From Candidatus Harrisonbacteria bacterium (GTDB lineage: Bacteria > Patescibacteriota > Minisyncoccia > UBA6257 > 02-FULL-45-10c): a stretch of DNA of 64,000 nt. The translations under genes were made by a program, and so were the position numbers. The notes under the pieces were generated by a model. It made no database searches, was not told the origin of the DNA, and worked only from the letters and a program-made list of their open reading frames with translations. Below are positions 19,001-26,053 of the stretch, one piece after another (within the stretch, counting starts at the first letter, position 1; each line of letters starts with the position of its first letter). The stretch is taken from contig JACPTS010000001.1 in assembly GCA_016192685.1 (NCBI GenBank), positions 97,710-161,709 on the forward strand, in the 5' to 3' direction.

Positions 19001-22000
19001 AGGATTAGCGCCGGAACTGCCGGTGGAAACAGTTGGAGAACCATCCACAAAAACATTTCCGGAAGAATCTACCACCACTGAAACCTCCCGAGATTGGCCC
19101 ATGCCCGGATTAAAAGCGCCAACCACATAAGCGCCGCTTGTTACTTTAATGGAAAACGCGCCTGAAGCCGAAGTTTGAGAATGATTGCCGGTACCGCCGC
19201 TCGCCGAATAAGCAAATACCATAGCGCTGGAAATAGCGTTTCCCGAACCATCTTTCAAAACTCCGCTAATGGTTTTATCAGCTACGGAAATTGAAAAAGT
19301 ATAAGAAGAGGCCACGCTATTATCAATCTTGGCAACACAAGCCGACGGACAGCCGGAAACTTCCACATTCACTGGCTTAGGCATTGACCAGGTTGGCGCT
19401 GACGGCGGGCCGCTAAACCCGGCATTTCCCTTTGGCATGGGCGGGCCGATGCCAATGCCCCAAGAACCATTAGTTTGCGGTATAGGAATAGTAGTAAGAA
19501 CAGTACTGGCAGTCAAAGCCGCGGTGCCAGGCGTTACGGTTCTCACGATAAACTGGCCGGGTCCGCCGGCAAAAATATCAATTTGTTCCGTGGCAGTAAA
19601 AGTATTAGCAGTGGTGCTCGCTTTCACATTAAAATTAATTGCCGAAGAGGTCGCGGTTAAAGAAAAATTGCGCGTCAAAAGACTGGTGGAAGTGGCACGG
19701 ACCGGCGCGGGCATAGTTTCTCCAAAAAAAGCCGTAGTGGTTCCAGTCGGAGTAATAAAAGGATCAGTAAAAAGATAATATTCTCCGCCACCACCAAAAT
19801 TATTACTTAAAAATTGGGAATTGATTGGTATATTAGTAAATTGATAAAGGCCGTTACTATCGGAACTGGCGTCTAAGGGGCCGGTTTGGGGGGACATTAA
19901 ATGAATCGCCACGCCATTAAGATTCGCGCCATTCCCGCTTACCACTCCTTGAATGGTGGTAGTGGCTCCGCCGCCCAAAGATCCGCCATTAATAAATACC
20001 GGGTTAGCATTGAAAGATTCCAAAAGATTGCCGCTGTCATCTTTGGATTTGATATCCAAAACATAACCGGAGCTGTCAAAACCTTTTGGCACGGACGGAT
20101 TCTTAATATCCGCCACGGCAAATTTCAAAAAGTCATGGACATCGCCGCTTTCTGATCTGGTCGCGGTATCCAACTTCAAAGTAATAGTTTTGGCCGTAGT
20201 ATTTTTAGTAATTTGGCTAATACCAATAGTAAGGCTGTCACCGGGGCCGTTGATATCCTTATTTAAATCTTTAACTAAGGGATTATTAGCGCTAGTGGTA
20301 GCGGCGCAGCAAAACCCGAAATCTGAAGTAGAAGGAAAAGTAACTACAATAGTGCCGTTCGCCGGAATTCGCTTGGCAATCGGCAACTCAAAAATATAGG
20401 TGCTGGAAGCGCTGACAAAAGTGCTAAGCGGCCGCACGCTGACCGGCGGCATAAATCCAATGCCGCTGGAACTGAAATCTTTCACATCTCCAAAAGTTGA
20501 CCCGCTAAACGAGCCGGGACCGGTAAATCCGCCGGAAGCCGCGAAAGAGGCAATAGTGCCGGTAAAAGAACTGGAGCCGGACATTAAGTTGCTGGAGATA
20601 TCTTTAATATTTTGAGCGGCAATCACAAAAGTTGAGCCGGAAGCCAATCGCACTCCTTCTAATTTTGCCGTCCGGGTAGTCGCGTCATAGGTTAACTTAT
20701 GTCCGGCCAGAGCGCTTAAAGTTTGCGCTGTGCCACCAACAGTTAAAGTATAATTAGCCAAAGTAGTCGCGTCCGTGGAATTCACTGCTTCATCAAAAGT
20801 AATTGCCAAGCTAAAATCATCGCCATTGGCAAAAAGCATAGTTGGTCCGGCGCTGTCGGTATTAGAAGATTCCACGGTCCAGCTTCGAGTTACGTTAGTG
20901 CCGAGATACACTCCGGAAACATTTTTCAACGAAGCGCCCTTCAGTGTTAAAGTTAAAGTTTCTCCGGTTGGCAAAACATTACTCGGCGTAAAATGGCCTT
21001 CTTTGGAAACCGTATTGTAAAAAACCGAACCAGGAAGATTAATCCCTCCGCCCTTGCTTAAAGTTACGGCGCCGGAAGTAGCAGTCGTAACATCAATAAC
21101 ATCGTCAAAAGTAAATAAAAAATCATTGGTATTCGCGGAAATAGTAGTTCCCGGCGTAGGCAAGGCGGCAGTTAACGCGGGCGCGGTCGCATCGCTTTGG
21201 CCTCCGACAGTAAAAACTGAAGTATAAACAGCCGGTAAACCAATGCCGCTCAAATTTTTAACACCGCTTCCAACAGTTAAAGTATAAGTGGCATTAACAG
21301 TAAGAGTACTGCCAACAGTCATAATAAGGGCATTCCGGCCAGTGGAAGTGCTGAAAGTAAAACCGGAAAGAGTAATCCCGCCGCTAAGAGTGACATTGGT
21401 GGAGTTAAGTGTAGTCGTATCCATATCCGCCTGGCTAAATTCCGCCACAATTTTGGAAATATTAGTCGGAACATTTAAACTGCCGGGGAAAGGATCAGTA
21501 CCCACCACTCGCGGCGGCGTAATATTAGCAGTGGTTTGGCTTGCTCCGCCGGTAGTAAAAGTAGCAGTATAATTCTGATTTCCGGCAGTAAAAGTATTTT
21601 GATCTAATTGATTTCCGGAAAGGTCCTGGACATCGCTGGTAACGGTGAAAGTATAAGAGGTGCTTCCTGACAAAGAATTCGCGAGCAAAACGCATTTTGC
21701 TTCCGGTTCATAATTACCGTGGAAAGGATTATAAGTGACGCTGGTGCAAAGATTAGAACCGGTTCCGCCGGCTTTTAAAGTAACCGTAGTGGTAGCGCTG
21801 GCTGATACAATAGTAGCGTTCGCTACTGGTTTGTTAAAATTAAAACCAATATAGGATAAATCCTTTGGCGCATTGATCATTTGGTCGCCCGGGAAAGAAC
21901 CGCTCACTTGTAATTTAGAGGTGTCCTGATTGCCGCCGCCAAAAGGAAATTCAGTCGCGCTAGCATTATTTTGAGGTTGCGGAGTAGTTCGGGAAGCAAA

Positions 22001-23158
22001 TTCCACGGAGTTCATATTTTTATCAAACCCATTTCCTTTAGTCGCGTCAGCTCCGCCAACAGCCATCGTAACCGCGGTGGAAGTGGCATTGGGATAACCC
22101 TGCGCTAATCTTTCAAGAGATGTCCCGTCATCCGCCAAGGCCGGAGCGCAAGGCGTAGTGCTTCCCTCGCCGTTTTCACAATTAGCAGTCGGCTGAAGGC
22201 CAAAACCAATCATATCAATTTTGGAACTGGTGGCTTGGGTTGTCGCGGAGGAAGTAGCAATGGAAAATCCGCCATGCAACGATAAAATGCTGGAGGTGGC
22301 ATTATAAACCGCGTCCAAAGGAACCGAACCGCTGTAACCGACTTGAGAACCAATTAAAAAATAACCGTGGCTGGGTATTACTTTTTTAAAATAATAAGTA
22401 AGCGCTACCGGCGTAGAACTGCCGTTCGGATAAAAAGCATGCAGGCGCAAGGGCAAATCCTCTAAATTAATATCCGCTTCCCCGGAATTATAAAGTTCAA
22501 TAAACTCATCGGCTGAATTGCCAGTTGAACCGGCTTTTACTTCGCTAATTTTTAAAGTAGCTGATTGATTAAGAGTTACTTTTTTGCCCGGATTGAAAGC
22601 ACTACCGATTCCGCCGGAAGTGGTACTGGCAAAATTATTCTGCATCCGGACGTCAAACCCATGGCTATTAGTAATGCCGCTAGCGGCCGTAGTAGAAGCA
22701 ACCACATAAAATTCCGTAGAAACAGCGCCGACAGAAGCCGCGGTGCTCGGCGTCAAAACAATCAATGTCCCGTCAGCCAACGGGCTGGTAGAAGCGGCGC
22801 CGGCAATAAAAGTATCTTCGCTAATTTGAAAATCGGGATGAGCGCCGGATTCTTTCCATAAAGAAATTCTGGAAATCTCTCCCTGGCTCATTGTTGAAGA
22901 AGCAAAAATTTGAACCCCAACTTTGCTCAAAGTATCAGAGCCGCTGGCTTGAACCAAACGAAATCTAACCATCGGGATAATCGCGCCGCCGCCAACCGTG
23001 ACGTTCTCAAAAAGCGCGTCAATCGGCGGAGCGTCCACGGTAATAGCTGCCTGGGCGGGCGCCACTAACAAAAAAACGGCTCCGAAAGCCGCCAAAACAT
23101 ATCCCAAACGTTTTGGAAAAGAAATAAAAGAAAAAAATGAAAAAACGCCAGTAGTCAT
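16049..23158 (-). CDS. giant cell-surface protein (lamin-tail, CarbopepD_reg-like/Ig-like repeats, poly-Gly, two C-terminal peptidoglycan-binding domains)
   Basis: 2369 aa with an N-terminal signal/TM segment. Lamin-tail domain (LKISEVKAGSTGNSADEFIELYN...). Several carboxypeptidase-regulatory-like beta-sandwich repeats (GVVSGNGANLNGVAIHL..., ITGKVTDGTNAVGNASVFAY...). A GGGAGGGGGGGGGG tract. Two near-identical C-terminal PG_binding_1-like units (DVKRVQQLLASDKEVYPEGLATGFYG...). Confidence 0.85.
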   Translation of the reverse strand: MTTGVFSFFSFISFPKRLGYVLAAFGAVFLLVAPAQAAITVDAPPIDALFENVTVGGGAIIPMVRFRLVQASGSDTLSKVGVQIFASSTMSQGEISRISLWKESGAHPDFQISEDTFIAGAASTSPLADGTLIVLTPSTAASVGAVSTEFYVVASTTAASGITNSHGFDVRMQNNFASTTSGGIGSAFNPGKKVTLNQSATLKISEVKAGSTGNSADEFIELYNSGEADINLEDLPLRLHAFYPNGSSTPVALTYYFKKVIPSHGYFLIGSQVGYSGSVPLDAVYNATSSILSLHGGFSIATSSATTQATSSKIDMIGFGLQPTANCENGEGSTTPCAPALADDGTSLERLAQGYPNATSTAVTMAVGGADATKGNGFDKNMNSVEFASRTTPQPQNNASATEFPFGGGNQDTSKLQVSGSFPGDQMINAPKDLSYIGFNFNKPVANATIVSASATTTVTLKAGGTGSNLCTSVTYNPFHGNYEPEAKCVLLANSLSGSTSYTFTVTSDVQDLSGNQLDQNTFTAGNQNYTATFTTGGASQTTANITPPRVVGTDPFPGSLNVPTNISKIVAEFSQADMDTTTLNSTNVTLSGGITLSGFTFSTSTGRNALIMTVGSTLTVNATYTLTVGSGVKNLSGIGLPAVYTSVFTVGGQSDATAPALTAALPTPGTTISANTNDFLFTFDDVIDVTTATSGAVTLSKGGGINLPGSVFYNTVSKEGHFTPSNVLPTGETLTLTLKGASLKNVSGVYLGTNVTRSWTVESSNTDSAGPTMLFANGDDFSLAITFDEAVNSTDATTLANYTLTVGGTAQTLSALAGHKLTYDATTRTAKLEGVRLASGSTFVIAAQNIKDISSNLMSGSSSFTGTIASFAASGGFTGPGSFSGSTFGDVKDFSSSGIGFMPPVSVRPLSTFVSASSTYIFELPIAKRIPANGTIVVTFPSTSDFGFCCAATTSANNPLVKDLNKDINGPGDSLTIGISQITKNTTAKTITLKLDTATRSESGDVHDFLKFAVADIKNPSVPKGFDSSGYVLDIKSKDDSGNLLESFNANPVFINGGSLGGGATTTIQGVVSGNGANLNGVAIHLMSPQTGPLDASSDSNGLYQFTNIPINSQFLSNNFGGGGEYYLFTDPFITPTGTTTAFFGETMPAPVRATSTSLLTRNFSLTATSSAINFNVKASTTANTFTATEQIDIFAGGPGQFIVRTVTPGTAALTASTVLTTIPIPQTNGSWGIGIGPPMPKGNAGFSGPPSAPTWSMPKPVNVEVSGCPSACVAKIDNSVASSYTFSISVADKTISGVLKDGSGNAISSAMVFAYSASGGTGNHSQTSASGAFSIKVTSGAYVVGAFNPGMGQSREVSVVVDSSGNVFVDGSPTVSTGSSGANPFTLKMAKPSYKITGKVTDGTNAVGNASVFAYRTDAPGHVDALSDSSTGNYTIYVDNGTWKVSAFIPGFGPMSEQTVIISGANQSDINFAPSSSATFSIYSGYIYEDADSNSAFATSTEGISGAIIRLSGASGVNEAVSSNGEFSVRVPAGSGYTITDIFKPGYGRIAALNNNGNAIGTLNLTASSSNNYIKIPKRNTVVINVKDSNSNALQVTKAFVELFSTSTKQSTYIEISNATTTSLQYATGTTPIIRAFVQGVPPANVSVGSDSTGTSVSSAGALTIDNSTETVKITVNTNTAALSLVSGTVYHTAATAGNELTDAWIQFVDESNGVHFGTTATTSGAYSIKAANGTYKVLVSKPGYIGSPTTVTVSGTTTQNFVLTSASLTIAGQVTTGGSAASGAFVFAEKVGGGQAVTTTDTSGNYTLYVTSGTWRVFAAADGYSKSGYSSNPLTVSASQSSINIALTTTSSLQSKLATSNTFTDSSAGSLSDSTVNVKVDLDTNALGSSGNSSYLTAKQTSNYVDSVSVNIVASKAIDIDAFSGGSQKQNLESGKSATVQLTYTKAELASSGIDTTTEVANLKVVSYSEDKKEWESLSTTATYLDSSSNVVASPASNLSDVSTVTFTALGTHFSNYALSSPTDGDAPSTPSGVAAAAGAAGSKTITVSWTAVSGATGYYIYRDTTSGGSFALLADAGNVSSYADTSATNGTTFFYKVSAYKSSGTSESTASGDVNAKVQISDSGGGAGGGGGGGGGGFASYNYGTSPTPIASLAQAPVAVPKAPSVAQPSPVVQAVSPVFNQDLQSGARNDDVKRVQQLLASDKEVYPEGLATGFYGSLTQKAVLKFQLKHGVVKSGDEPGAGRLGPKTRAKLAEVFGAPKAVPTAPSVAQPSPVVQAVSPVFNQDLQSGARNDEVKRVQQLLASDKEVYPEGLATGFYGKLTEGAVRRFQLKHGVIQNANDPGNGRLGPKTRAKLEEVYGTKSQ
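16075..16677. repeat. tandem duplication, about 309-bp period, 2 copies, encoding the two PG-binding domains
   Basis: Copies at about 16075-16368 and 16384-16677 are nearly identical. They include a 77-bp perfect identity starting at 16268 and 16577. Confidence 0.85.
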
Positions 23159-23209
23159 TTAAAATATATTGAATTTATTATAACAAAACAAAATGGATTT
23201 AAAAAAATC

Positions 23210-23240
23210 GGTTGTGGATAACTTTTCCACTCGCTATAAC
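23210..23240 (-). promoter_or_regulatory. conserved ~30-bp upstream motif containing a perfect DnaA-box 9-mer (TTATCCACA on the minus strand)
   Basis: ggttgtggataacttttccactcgctataac lies 52-82 bp upstream of the giant-protein start. A near-identical motif occurs at 26014-26044 upstream of the 24441-25889 gene. Confidence 0.4.
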
Positions 23241-23370
23241 TATTTGTCTACCGGCACCGGAGTCCGCTTGCTCCTGCGGCAAGCGGCTCTTACGCCTCGC
23301 TCCGAAATTCGCCTTCGGCGATCCAAGCATTTCGGAGCTCCGTAGTTGCCGCACAACAAATAGTTATAGC
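23233..23370 (+). ncRNA. candidate structured RNA or MITE-like element (about 140 nt)
   Basis: 15-bp perfect inverted repeats (gctataactatttgt / acaaatagttatagc) enclose three internal perfect stems: ccgcttgc/gcaagcgg, ctccgaaat/atttcggag, and a nested tcgcc-UUCG-ggcga tetraloop hairpin. No coding potential. The strand is assigned from the UUCG tetraloop. Confidence 0.35.
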
Positions 23371-23402
23371 TCGCTCTATGATATTTTACTTCCTTTAAAA
23401 AT

Positions 23403-23438
23403 AACCGAGCACATAATATTATGTGCTCGGTTATTTCT
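23403..23438 (-). terminator. bidirectional Rho-independent terminator
   Basis: Perfect 12-bp stem aaccgagcacat/atgtgctcggtt, flanked by an A-run on the plus strand (T-run on the minus strand) immediately downstream of the 23454-24386 gene. Confidence 0.7.
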
Positions 23439-23453
23439 CAAGATTTTATAATC

Positions 23454-24386
23454 TTATCTTTTTAGTAAGGCTTCCAAGGCTTTTTTGGCCGCGTCAAGCT
23501 GGGACTGAAGAGCAGATTTAGAAGTAGAAGGGGCTGGGGCTGGAGTCGGTGCTGGAGCCGGCGCCGGAGCTGGTTTTGATTTCAACAAATTCTGCAATGC
23601 CTCTTTAGCCGCGTCAAGCTGGGATTGAAGAGCAGATTTAGAAGTAGCAGGAGCTGAAGCAGGTGCTGGAGTTGGAGCCGGAACAGCTGGTTTTTTTATT
23701 CTGTCTAATAAAGCTTTAAGCTGGCTGGCGGCTGCGTCAAGTTGGGAGCGCAATCTAGACGGAGTGGATGGCGCTGAAACTGGAGCCGCAACAGGCGCTG
23801 GGACTCCTCTTACTTTATTTAGAAGATTTTGAAGTTGTTGTTTCAAATTTTCTAAAAGAGAAGCAGTTGGAGAAAGTGGTCTAGCAGGAGTTAATTGACC
23901 AGCTGGAGTTAATTGAGCTGTTGGAGCTAATGTTGTGCCAGTTCCGCCTCCACCTCCACCACCGCCGCCTCCTCCACCACCACCGCCGCCGCCTCCGCCG
24001 CCAAGACCAGAGCAAGTTTCTGTAGTAGAAGGAGTAATAGTAACCGTAACTGTGCCGGAATCCTGGGCGGCAAAAACAGTAACGGATGATTCAGAAGACG
24101 TACAGCTGGATTCTTGTTGGATGGCGCCAGTAGCAGAAACCGCGAATTTTCTCCGGTCAGTTGAACTCATACCAAAAGATTTGGAAGGGCTCAAAACAAC
24201 ATCCATACTGGCCGTATCCACGGTAATAGAATCAATAACCCGATCAACGGCAGTTACCAAGAAGGTATAACTGCCAATCACTATTTCCGTATTGCCGCCG
24301 CCAGTCAAGGTAAGATCATTCGCGGCAAAAGCAAACAAAGGCAAAAGCAAAGCTGACAAGATTTTTAAATAAATCTTTTTTTTCAT
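23454..24386 (-). CDS. secreted repetitive protein with a 21-residue poly-Gly tract and Pro/Ala-rich C-terminal repeats
   Basis: 310 aa with a signal peptide. G21 run, then three repeats of the type KSALQSQLDAAKEALQNLLK plus PAPAPAP. Confidence 0.7.
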   Translation of the reverse strand: MKKKIYLKILSALLLPLFAFAANDLTLTGGGNTEIVIGSYTFLVTAVDRVIDSITVDTASMDVVLSPSKSFGMSSTDRRKFAVSATGAIQQESSCTSSESSVTVFAAQDSGTVTVTITPSTTETCSGLGGGGGGGGGGGGGGGGGGGGTGTTLAPTAQLTPAGQLTPARPLSPTASLLENLKQQLQNLLNKVRGVPAPVAAPVSAPSTPSRLRSQLDAAASQLKALLDRIKKPAVPAPTPAPASAPATSKSALQSQLDAAKEALQNLLKSKPAPAPAPAPTPAPAPSTSKSALQSQLDAAKKALEALLKR

Positions 24387-24440
24387 AAATTAATGTTGTC
24401 AATCCCCCACCTAATTTATGTGGGGGATAAATGCTCAAGT

Positions 24441-25889
24441 TTATTGACAAGTTCCAGTTACCCAAACGGCAAAGAATCCTGATTTGCCGCTTGCAGCTGT
24501 AGCAGTCGCGAAAGCGCCTGGATCAGCAGGACCGATATACAATATATAATTTGTTCCATTAGAACCTCTCATTTGTATGCAACTGCCTTCAGGATTGGAA
24601 TCTGCCTGTAAGACAATAGTAGTTGTAGCACTGCTGGTAGCTGTTACTAAACTATTACTAAATAGAGTCGTGCCGCCAACGCTCAAAGTGCTGGAAGCGC
24701 TAAGAGGACCAGTAACATTCAACTGGGCAGCCACAGTGGAAGAAGAAGTCGTGACGAACCCGGCTAAGGTTGACAAGCTATTGACGGTTAAGGTGCCTTG
24801 AGTGGCAAAAGCTCCGGTAGAGGCAGTCGTGGTAGCTGTGCCGTTAACCCTCACATCGCCATAAAGGAAAGAGGTGCTGGTAACCGCTAAAGTGCTGGAG
24901 GCATTTAATTGGCCGGAGGCGGTAAGCTGAGCCACGCTGGAAGAAGCATTGGAAATAAATCCGCCAGTCAGAGTGGAAAGGCTATTAACTAATAACGTTG
25001 AAGAAGCGCTAAGAGGGCCGGTAACATTTAACTGGACAACAGCAGTGGAAGAAGCAGTCGTGATGAACCCGGCTAAGGTTGACAAGCTATTGACGGTTAA
25101 GGTGCCTTGAGTGGCAAAAGCTCCGGTAGAGGCAGTCGTGGTAGCTGTGCCGTTAACATTAAGGTTGTCATACAACGAAGTAATGCCAGTAACTGCCAAT
25201 GTGCTGGAGGCGAACAAAGAGCCGCGAGTGGTGAAATTACCGCTAGCCGCAGTCGTGGTAGCTGTGCCGTTAACATTAAGATTATTATATAACGTAGAAA
25301 TACCGCCAACTGACAATGTTGAAGAAGCGCTAAGAGAGCCATTAACATGCAATTGGGCATTAGCAGTGGAAGAAGAAGTAGTGATATATCCGGCTAAGGT
25401 TGACAAGCTATTGACGGTTAGAGTGCCTCGAGTAGCTAAATTACCCGAAGCAGCCGTAACCGTGGCAGTGCCGTTGATATTTACATCGCCATAAAGAAAA
25501 GAAGTGCTGGTAACCGCTAAAGTGCTGGAGGCATTTAATTGGCCGGAGGCGGTAAGCCGAGCTACGCTGGAAGAAGCATTGGAAATAAATCCGCCAGTCA
25601 GAGTGGAAAGGCCGTTAGCTAATAAAGTGCTGGAGGCATTGAATGGACCGGATACTTCCAACTGGGCATTTACAGTTGAAGAAGCTTTAGTAACAGAACC
25701 GCCAGTCATAGTAACCAAACCCGTGAGAGTAGAAGTATCAGTAACGCTCAAAGTACCGCCGGTGCTTAAATTAACACCGATTGTGGTAGCGGCAGTGGCT
25801 ACTAACCAAACGACCAAACTGGAAAGAACAACAGCAGTAAATACAGCAAAATATTGCTGCTTTCTGCTTAACGCATAACTTTTATTCAT
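24441..25889 (-). CDS. membrane-anchored repetitive surface protein (about 30-aa Ser/Thr/Asn-rich repeats)
   Basis: 482 aa with an N-terminal TM. About ten repeats of the type SSTLAVTSTSFLYGDVNINGTATTTASTGAFATQGTLTVNSLSTLAGF, and a Cys-containing C-terminal tail. The DNA carries near-identical ~90-120-bp repeats (for example 24761-24848 versus 25070-25157). Confidence 0.7.
   Translation of the reverse strand: MNKSYALSRKQQYFAVFTAVVLSSLVVWLVATAATTIGVNLSTGGTLSVTDTSTLTGLVTMTGGSVTKASSTVNAQLEVSGPFNASSTLLANGLSTLTGGFISNASSSVARLTASGQLNASSTLAVTSTSFLYGDVNINGTATVTAASGNLATRGTLTVNSLSTLAGYITTSSSTANAQLHVNGSLSASSTLSVGGISTLYNNLNVNGTATTTAASGNFTTRGSLFASSTLAVTGITSLYDNLNVNGTATTTASTGAFATQGTLTVNSLSTLAGFITTASSTAVVQLNVTGPLSASSTLLVNSLSTLTGGFISNASSSVAQLTASGQLNASSTLAVTSTSFLYGDVRVNGTATTTASTGAFATQGTLTVNSLSTLAGFVTTSSSTVAAQLNVTGPLSASSTLSVGGTTLFSNSLVTATSSATTTIVLQADSNPEGSCIQMRGSNGTNYILYIGPADPGAFATATAASGKSGFFAVWVTGTCQ
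24731..25460. repeat. intragenic near-identical DNA repeats (~90-120 bp, at least 3 copies) in the surface-protein gene
   Basis: cggctaaggttgacaagctattgacggtta... recurs at 24761, 25070 and 25391. Confidence 0.8.
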
Positions 25890-26013
25890 AATCCTTTATT
25901 TTGAGAACCTAACCCTTTATAAAGATAGATTCTAAAATTATATTATTTTTACGACCTTAATTTTTAATTTTAATTTGTAATGAAATTAAGTATAAATAAA
26001 TCAGCAATTGGTG

Positions 26014-26044
26014 AAAAGGGGTGGGCTGTGGATAACTTTTTCAT
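26014..26044 (-). promoter_or_regulatory. second copy of the conserved upstream motif with the TTATCCACA 9-mer
   Basis: ggctgtggataactttttcatcgcttatcgc lies about 130 bp upstream of the 24441-25889 start. It has the same orientation as the 23210-23240 copy. Confidence 0.4.
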
Positions 26045-26053
26045 CGCTTATCG

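Noticed and set aside
23212-23451. 79-aa + strand ORF spanning the structured intergenic element
   Set aside because: It lies entirely over the inverted-repeat/hairpin cluster and terminator, has a low-complexity translation and no RBS-like context. It is more likely non-coding.
23935-24270. 111-aa + strand ORF beginning MPVPPPPPPPPPP
   Set aside because: This is an antisense artefact of the GGN-repeat (poly-Gly) tract of the minus-strand surface-protein gene.
23159-26053. Possibility that the DnaA boxes mark a replication origin
   Set aside because: There is no dnaA/dnaN/gyrB neighbourhood, no AT-rich DUE with clustered boxes and no strand-switch of gene orientation here. A regulatory operator is more plausible.
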